Source of the DNA: an uncultured Thermoleophilaceae bacterium
GTDB lineage: Bacteria > Actinomycetota > Thermoleophilia > Solirubrobacterales > Thermoleophilaceae
Direction: 5' to 3'
NCBI GenBank assembly: GCA_963808105.1
Contig: CAWEEH010000001.1
Span: forward strand, 39,082-103,081
DNA length: 64,000 nucleotides
The position numbers and the translations under genes were made by a program. Positions 59,316 to 64,000 of this stretch are shown here, one piece after another (position 1 is the stretch's first letter; each line of letters starts with the position of its first letter). The notes beneath the pieces were generated by a model. It was given only the letters and a program-made list of their open reading frames with translations, ran no database searches and was not told the origin of the DNA.

Positions 59316-60413
59316 GTGCCAGGCTGGTCTGGAAGGATGCGGCGCTTGGCCGAGATCGTCGACACCTCCACCCAGGCGGCCGAGCTCGAGCTCGCCCCGC
59401 TGATCGTCAGGGAGCCGCTCGAGGCCTACCTCGACGCTCAGGGACTCGGCTCGGGAAGGCTCGAGGCCGAGCGGATCGGCGACGGGCACTCGAACATCAC
59501 CTACCTCGTCACTCGTGGGGACGCGCGCTTCGTTCTGCGCCGCCCCCCACGCCCGCCGCTTCCGCCGTCGGCCCACGACGTCCTGCGCGAGGCCCGGCTG
59601 CTCTCGGCGCTCGCCCCCACCCCCGCGCGCACCCCGCGGGTGCTGGCCGCGTGCGACGACGAGTCGATCCTCGGCGTGCCCTTCTACGTGATGGAGGAGG
59701 TGCTGGGCGACGTGATCACCAACGAGATCCCGCCCGCGCTGGACGACCCCGCCGAGCTGGGCCGCATCGGGGACGAGCTGGTGGACGCGCTCGTCGAGGT
59801 GCACGCCGTCGACTGGGAGGCGGCCGGCCTGGAGGGCTTCGGCAAGCCCACCGGCTACCTCGACCGCCAGCTGCGGCGCTTCAACGGGCTGTGGGAGCAC
59901 AACAAGACGCGGGAGCTGCCGATCGTGGGCGAGGTGGCGGAGTGGCTGGAGGCCAACAAGCCCGAGTCCGGGCCCGCGACGATCGTCCACGGCGACTACC
60001 GCCTGGGCAACACGATGGTCGCCTCCGACCCGCCCGGGCGGCTGATCGCGATCTTCGACTGGGAGCTGGCCACGATCGGGGACCCGCTGGCCGACGTCGC
60101 GTACCTCACGGTCACCTGGGCGCAGGCCGACGACCCGGAGGACACGTCGTTCAGCTCGCTTTCGGCGGCCACCCGGACGCCCGGATTCCCCACCCGCGAG
60201 CAGCTGATCGCGCGCTACGAGGAGCGCTCCGGCCGCCCGGTCGGCGCGCTCCACTGGTACCAGGCGCTGGCGATGTGGAAGGCGGCCGTGTTCATGGAGG
60301 GCAACCTCAAGCGCTTCCTCGCGGGATCCACGGACGACGAGTACCTGGGCCTGTTCCAGGAGGGTGTCCCGATGCTGGCGGAGAAGGCACGCGAGATCGC
60401 GCACAGCGGATGA
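59316..60413 (+). CDS. phosphotransferase-family protein (APH/ChoK-like kinase fold)
   Basis: Motifs GHSNITYLV, VHGDYRLGNTMV (catalytic loop) and DWELATIGDPLADVAY. An alternative start is at 59337. Confidence 0.7.
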   Translation: MPGWSGRMRRLAEIVDTSTQAAELELAPLIVREPLEAYLDAQGLGSGRLEAERIGDGHSNITYLVTRGDARFVLRRPPRPPLPPSAHDVLREARLLSALAPTPARTPRVLAACDDESILGVPFYVMEEVLGDVITNEIPPALDDPAELGRIGDELVDALVEVHAVDWEAAGLEGFGKPTGYLDRQLRRFNGLWEHNKTRELPIVGEVAEWLEANKPESGPATIVHGDYRLGNTMVASDPPGRLIAIFDWELATIGDPLADVAYLTVTWAQADDPEDTSFSSLSAATRTPGFPTREQLIARYEERSGRPVGALHWYQALAMWKAAVFMEGNLKRFLAGSTDDEYLGLFQEGVPMLAEKAREIAHSG

Positions 60414-61015
60414 AGGGCTTGCTGGTCGACTTCGGAGGTGTGCTCACCACCAACGTCTTCGACTCCTTCCGCGATTTCTGCGTGAAGGAGGGACTGGAGG
60501 CCGAGGCCTTTCTCGACCTGTTCCGCAACAACCCCGAGGCGCGCAAGGAGCTGCGCCGGGTGGAGACCGGGAAGATCACCGAGGACGAGTTCGGCGAGAT
60601 CCTCGGGGAGATGCTGGGCGTGGAGGACCGCGTGGACCTCGTGAACCGCCTGTTCGCCGGCATGCGCGCGGATGTGCCGATGGTGGACGCCGTGCGCACG
60701 GCGAAGGGCGCAGGTATCCGCACCGGCCTCGTGTCGAACTCGATCGGCGCCGGGCGCTACGACCGCTCGAAGTTCCCCGAGATGTACGACGGAGTGGTGA
60801 TCTCGGCCGAGGAGGGCATGCACAAGCCCCAGCCCGAGATCTTCCGGCTGGGCGCCGAGCGGATCGGGCTGCCGCCGGAGGAGTGCGTGTTCGTGGACGA
60901 CCTGCGCGAGAACTGCGAGGGCGCGGAGGCCGTGGGCATGACGCCCGTGCTGCATCGCGGCGCGGACACCACGATTCCGCGGCTGGAGGAGCTGCTGGGG
61001 GTGAAGCTGCGTTGA
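60410..61015 (+). CDS. HAD-superfamily hydrolase
   Basis: LLVDFGGVLT (DxG variant of motif I), LVSNS, KPQPEIF and FVDDL. Confidence 0.7.
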   Translation: MKGLLVDFGGVLTTNVFDSFRDFCVKEGLEAEAFLDLFRNNPEARKELRRVETGKITEDEFGEILGEMLGVEDRVDLVNRLFAGMRADVPMVDAVRTAKGAGIRTGLVSNSIGAGRYDRSKFPEMYDGVVISAEEGMHKPQPEIFRLGAERIGLPPEECVFVDDLRENCEGAEAVGMTPVLHRGADTTIPRLEELLGVKLR

Positions 61016-61497
61016 CAGACCTGCGGGCGATGGCCACGGAGATCATCGATACGAATCTCTACGTGACGCTCGGCACGGCGGACGAAGCGGGCCGGCCATG
61101 GGCGTCGCCCGTCTACTACGCCGCGGACTCATATCGCGACTTCTTCTGGATCTCCTCGCCGGAGTCCACCCACTCCAGGAACATCGCCTCGCGGCCGGAG
61201 ATGAGCATGGTGGTGTTCGACTCTCAGCAGCCGGCGTACACGGGCGAGGCCGTGTACATGACGGCGGTCGCTGAGGAGTTGTCGGGGGAAGACATCGCGC
61301 GCGGCCTGGAGGTCTACCCGGGGCCTGCCGAGCGGGGCGGCGCCCAGCTGGAGCCGGCCGAGGTCCAGGCGCCGTCCCAGTACCGCCTGTACCGCGCACG
61401 CGTGTCCGAGCACTCGATGCTGTGCCCGAGGGACGCCGGCGAACCCTGCGCCGAGCACGGGCACGCCTTCGATCACCGGACCGTCGTGAGCCTGTAG
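61012..61497 (+). CDS. pyridoxamine 5'-phosphate oxidase-family (FMN-binding split barrel) protein
   Basis: LYVTLGTADEAGRPWASPVYYA is the typical PNPOx-like N-terminus. The start is either TTG 61012 or ATG 61030. Confidence 0.55.
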   Translation: MTDLRAMATEIIDTNLYVTLGTADEAGRPWASPVYYAADSYRDFFWISSPESTHSRNIASRPEMSMVVFDSQQPAYTGEAVYMTAVAEELSGEDIARGLEVYPGPAERGGAQLEPAEVQAPSQYRLYRARVSEHSMLCPRDAGEPCAEHGHAFDHRTVVSL

Positions 61498-61501
61498 ACG
61501 C

Positions 61502-62194
61502 GTGCAGCTCATCCTCTGGGACATCGACGGAACGCTGGTGAGCACCGCCGGCCACGGGCGCTACGCCTTCTTCGAGGCGTTCGAAGCCGTGTTCGGGCGC
61601 CCCGTCGAGGACGACCCGCCCATTGCGATGGGCGGGCGCACCGACCATTCGATCGCGCTGGAGATCCTGGCCATGGGCGGGGTGGACGACGATCCGGACG
61701 ACCACCTTCCGGCCATGTTCGAGGCGCTGCACGAGGCGCTGAAGAGGCGCGCCGATGACATCGCCGCCGAGGGCGCGCCCCAGCCCGGCGTGCGCGAGGC
61801 GATCGCCGCCATCGACGAGCGGGGGGATGCGATCCAGTCGCTGCTCACCGGCAACATCGAGCCCAACGCACACGTGAAGCTGTCCGCTTTCGGGATCGAC
61901 GAGCTGCTGGACATGGAGATCGGCGGCTACGGCTCCGACCACGGCGTCCGGGCCGAGCTGGTGGGCATCGCCCGGGAGAAGACCCGCGCCAAGCACGGCG
62001 TGGACGTGCCCCCGGAGCGGATCACGCTCATAGGCGACACACCGCTGGACATCGAGGCTGCCCACGCCAACGGCGCCCGCGCCCTGGCCGTGGCCACCGG
62101 GCCCTACACGGTCGAGGAGCTGGAGCAGGCCGGGCCGGAGGCGGCGCTGGAGAACCTGAGCGACACCGCCGCGGTGCTCGCGGCGCTGGCCTAG
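61502..62194 (+). CDS. HAD-superfamily hydrolase (phosphoglycolate-phosphatase-like)
   Basis: LILWDIDGTLV (motif I DxDGT), LLTGN and LIGDTPLDIEAA. Confidence 0.7.
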   Translation: MQLILWDIDGTLVSTAGHGRYAFFEAFEAVFGRPVEDDPPIAMGGRTDHSIALEILAMGGVDDDPDDHLPAMFEALHEALKRRADDIAAEGAPQPGVREAIAAIDERGDAIQSLLTGNIEPNAHVKLSAFGIDELLDMEIGGYGSDHGVRAELVGIAREKTRAKHGVDVPPERITLIGDTPLDIEAAHANGARALAVATGPYTVEELEQAGPEAALENLSDTAAVLAALA

Positions 62195-63030
62195 CCCGCC
62201 GCGATACCCGCCACGCCGCCCATCACCAGCACGATGCCCACCTGCTGGGACGGGCGCACCCGCTCGGACAGGATCGCCCGGGCGAGGAAGATCGTGACGA
62301 CTGGATAGAGGGACGAGCACACCGACGCCACGCTCACGAGTCCCTCCGAGGCGGCCAGCGCGAACAGCCCGTTCGCGCCCAGGTCGAGCACGCCGATCGC
62401 GGCCACGGCGCCGAGGTGGGGCTTGGCGGCGCGCAGGTTGGGACGCGTGAGGAGCACAGCGCCCGCGAGCAGCGAAACGCTCACCACGCGCGCCGCGAAC
62501 AGCGCCCACAGGATGCCGTCGTCGCTGGCGGAGTCCATTCCCAGGAGGAACAGCCCCAGCCCGCCGGCCGCAGCGAGCGCCAGGCCGGCGCCCACCGCCA
62601 TCCGCGCCCCGCCGCCCTCGGGCGCCTCCTCGCGCGCGACCAGCGCAACGCCACCGAGCGCCAATGCGATGCCGACGCCCTGGAGGGCGCCGAGGCTGTC
62701 CCCGGTCGCCACCCCGACGCCGACGGGGATGGCCGCGCCGAGCGCCGCGATCGGAGCCACCACGGCCATGGCCCCGATCGCCAAGCCGCGGTAGAGGGCG
62801 CCGAGCCCGGCGACACCCACGGCGCCTGCGCCGCCGGCGATGGCGAGTGTGGAGAGCTCAGGGGCGGGCTCGCCGCTGGCCGCGATCACCACGACGAGTA
62901 CCAGCAGCGCCACGAACTGCGACACCCCGAGCACCGCGAGCAGATCGAGCTTGCGTGACTTGATGCCCCCGATGAAGTCGGCGAGCCCCCAGGATGCGCT
63001 GGCGGCCAGCCCGAGCGCTACTGCAACCAC
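62191..63030 (-). CDS. EamA/DMT-family transporter
   Basis: GTG at 63030 within ORF 62191..63114. Ten hydrophobic segments with the typical duplicated EamA architecture. Confidence 0.65.
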   Translation of the reverse strand: MVAVALGLAASASWGLADFIGGIKSRKLDLLAVLGVSQFVALLVLVVVIAASGEPAPELSTLAIAGGAGAVGVAGLGALYRGLAIGAMAVVAPIAALGAAIPVGVGVATGDSLGALQGVGIALALGGVALVAREEAPEGGGARMAVGAGLALAAAGGLGLFLLGMDSASDDGILWALFAARVVSVSLLAGAVLLTRPNLRAAKPHLGAVAAIGVLDLGANGLFALAASEGLVSVASVCSSLYPVVTIFLARAILSERVRPSQQVGIVLVMGGVAGIAAG

Positions 63031-63527
63031 TTCACGCTGCAACCCACCGGCTCGGTCTCGGCCGGATCCGGCGGCGATCCCTCGAGCACCGCGTCGAGCG
63101 CACCGCGCAGCCACTCCGCGCCCGCGGAGCGGTCCTCGTAGTCGCGATCCGGCGCGCCGCGGTAGCGCAGGACACCGTCGGCGTCGAGCACGAAAACGTC
63201 CGGGGTCTTCTTGGCGTCGAACGCCCGGGCCACGTCCTGGGTCTCGTCGCGCAGGTAGGGCGCCGGCCAGCCGCCGTCACCCTCCACACGCTGCTTCATC
63301 GCGTCGAAGGAGTCGCGCGGGTAGCGCTCGGCGTCGTTGGGATTGATCAGGAGCACCCGGGCGCGGCCGCGGTAGTCGCGCGCCACGTCGAGCAGCCGAT
63401 CGTGCCACGCGATCGCGTACGGGCAGTGGTTGCAGGTGAAGACGACCGCCGTCACGCCGTCGGGCCCGTAGGACGAGCCGTCGGTCGCGGGCAACTCGAA
63501 GGCCTGTGCTGTGTCGCCGATGTTCAT
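63018..63527 (-). CDS. thioredoxin-fold redoxin (AhpC/TSA-like thiol-disulfide oxidoreductase)
   Basis: VVFTCNHCPY (CxxC) and KTPDVFVLDADG. Confidence 0.6.
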   Translation of the reverse strand: MNIGDTAQAFELPATDGSSYGPDGVTAVVFTCNHCPYAIAWHDRLLDVARDYRGRARVLLINPNDAERYPRDSFDAMKQRVEGDGGWPAPYLRDETQDVARAFDAKKTPDVFVLDADGVLRYRGAPDRDYEDRSAGAEWLRGALDAVLEGSPPDPAETEPVGCSVKWLQ

Positions 63528-63847
63528 CGCACTGCCTCCTCGATCGCCTCTTGGATGTCCTGCCGATCGGGAACCGGCGACGTCTGGCCGTCGCGCGTGC
63601 GGTACACGCGGCAGGTCAGGCCCGCGGGCTCGCCCTCCTCCGGCGCCACCTCGACCCCGCCGACGCGGATCGTCGGCGAGCCGACGAAGCGCTCACGCTC
63701 GGCGTCGGCGTCGGTCTCGATCTCCCGCATCTCGATCGTGGAGGGATCGAGGCCCTGCGCGGTGAGCGCCTCCGCCAGCAGGTCGCGCGCCTTCTCGGTG
63801 GAGGGACAGCCCTCCCACCAGAGCAGCTCGACCCGCGGCGCCGTCAA
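63524..63847 (-). CDS. small thioredoxin-fold-like protein
   Basis: N-terminal WWEGCPS and ...FVGSPTIRV resemble a glutaredoxin/thioredoxin-like fold. Weak call. Confidence 0.35.
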   Translation of the reverse strand: MTAPRVELLWWEGCPSTEKARDLLAEALTAQGLDPSTIEMREIETDADAERERFVGSPTIRVGGVEVAPEEGEPAGLTCRVYRTRDGQTSPVPDRQDIQEAIEEAVR

Positions 63848-63862
63848 TCGGAGATGGCTGAA

Positions 63863-64000
63863 TCAGCCATCAAGCTCGACCTTCTCGATCACAACCGGCT
63901 CCTCGGGCTGGTCGCCGGCGCCGGTGGGGAGGTTCTCGATCGTGTCGACCGCCTCCATACCCGACGTGACCTTGCCAAAGACCGTGTGCTTGCCATCCAG
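63863..64000 (-). CDS. peptidyl-prolyl cis-trans isomerase (cyclophilin type). Only the C-terminal end is in the window.
   Basis: Own translation is [45 protein letters not shown] followed by a stop at 63863-63865. Confidence 0.8.
   Translation of the reverse strand: MDGKHTVFGKVTSGMEAVDTIENLPTGAGDQPEEPVVIEKVELDG

Noticed and set aside
63853-63871. Perfect palindrome gatggctga-a-tcagccatc between the cyclophilin stop and the next gene's start.
   Set aside because: It is a 9-bp stem with a 1-nt loop, so it cannot form a stable hairpin. It is probably a coincidence of stop/start context or a simple operator-like site, with no further support.
1-64000. Search for CRISPR arrays, transposases, integrases, prophage genes, toxin-antitoxin pairs and known defence-system components.
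   Set aside because: I found no spaced short direct-repeat arrays and no ORF with recognisable nuclease, helicase, recombinase or transposase motifs. The window looks like core chromosome.

Overview
This is a high-GC (roughly 70%) actinobacterial-type chromosomal core region. Gene content is reminiscent of Thermoleophilia or Conexibacter-like genomes, but that placement is inference only.

Content, left to right:
- tRNA-Ser(UGA), then a tightly packed minus-strand unit of cytochrome c, serS, a DHFR-like gene and a GGDEF sensor.
- A complete 14-gene Complex I operon, nuoA-N (6.3-20.8 kb).
- Acyl-CoA ligase, class-III-like alcohol dehydrogenase, and a GGDEF/HD-GYP signalling protein.
- A proline-catabolism pair (proline dehydrogenase + P5C dehydrogenase), a PhoD-like phosphatase, dinB and a double-length ThyX-like gene.
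- Secreted proteins (RTX-type, LVIVD-type), rpe and rpiB.
- An R2lox-like/TetR/rhomboid unit and two tandem secreted paralogues.
- The cysPTWA sulfate transporter, several HAD, kinase and PNPOx-like enzymes, and a redoxin cluster.

I found no transposase, integrase, CRISPR array, or recognisable defence or toxin genes. I cannot point to a convincing new multi-gene system.

Four things deserve a second look:
1. About 19 reading-frame interruptions sit in otherwise well-conserved genes. Almost all are +1 insertions and half are in nuo. Assembly or consensus indels are the most likely cause, but this must be checked.
2. Two tandem secreted-protein genes share a ~954-bp, nearly perfect repeat that ends in a poly-Lys linker, followed by strongly diverged C-terminal domains. 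The second copy has a 1-nt deletion in its signal peptide.
3. A four-helix-bundle (23S-rRNA-IVS-protein family) gene remnant is enclosed by perfect 23-bp inverted repeats built from heptamers.
4. A Bcp peroxiredoxin-like gene has a degenerate N-terminal half with no recognisable catalytic motif.

Many long ORFs in the supplied track are antisense or out-of-frame shadow ORFs typical of high-GC DNA, and I ignored them.
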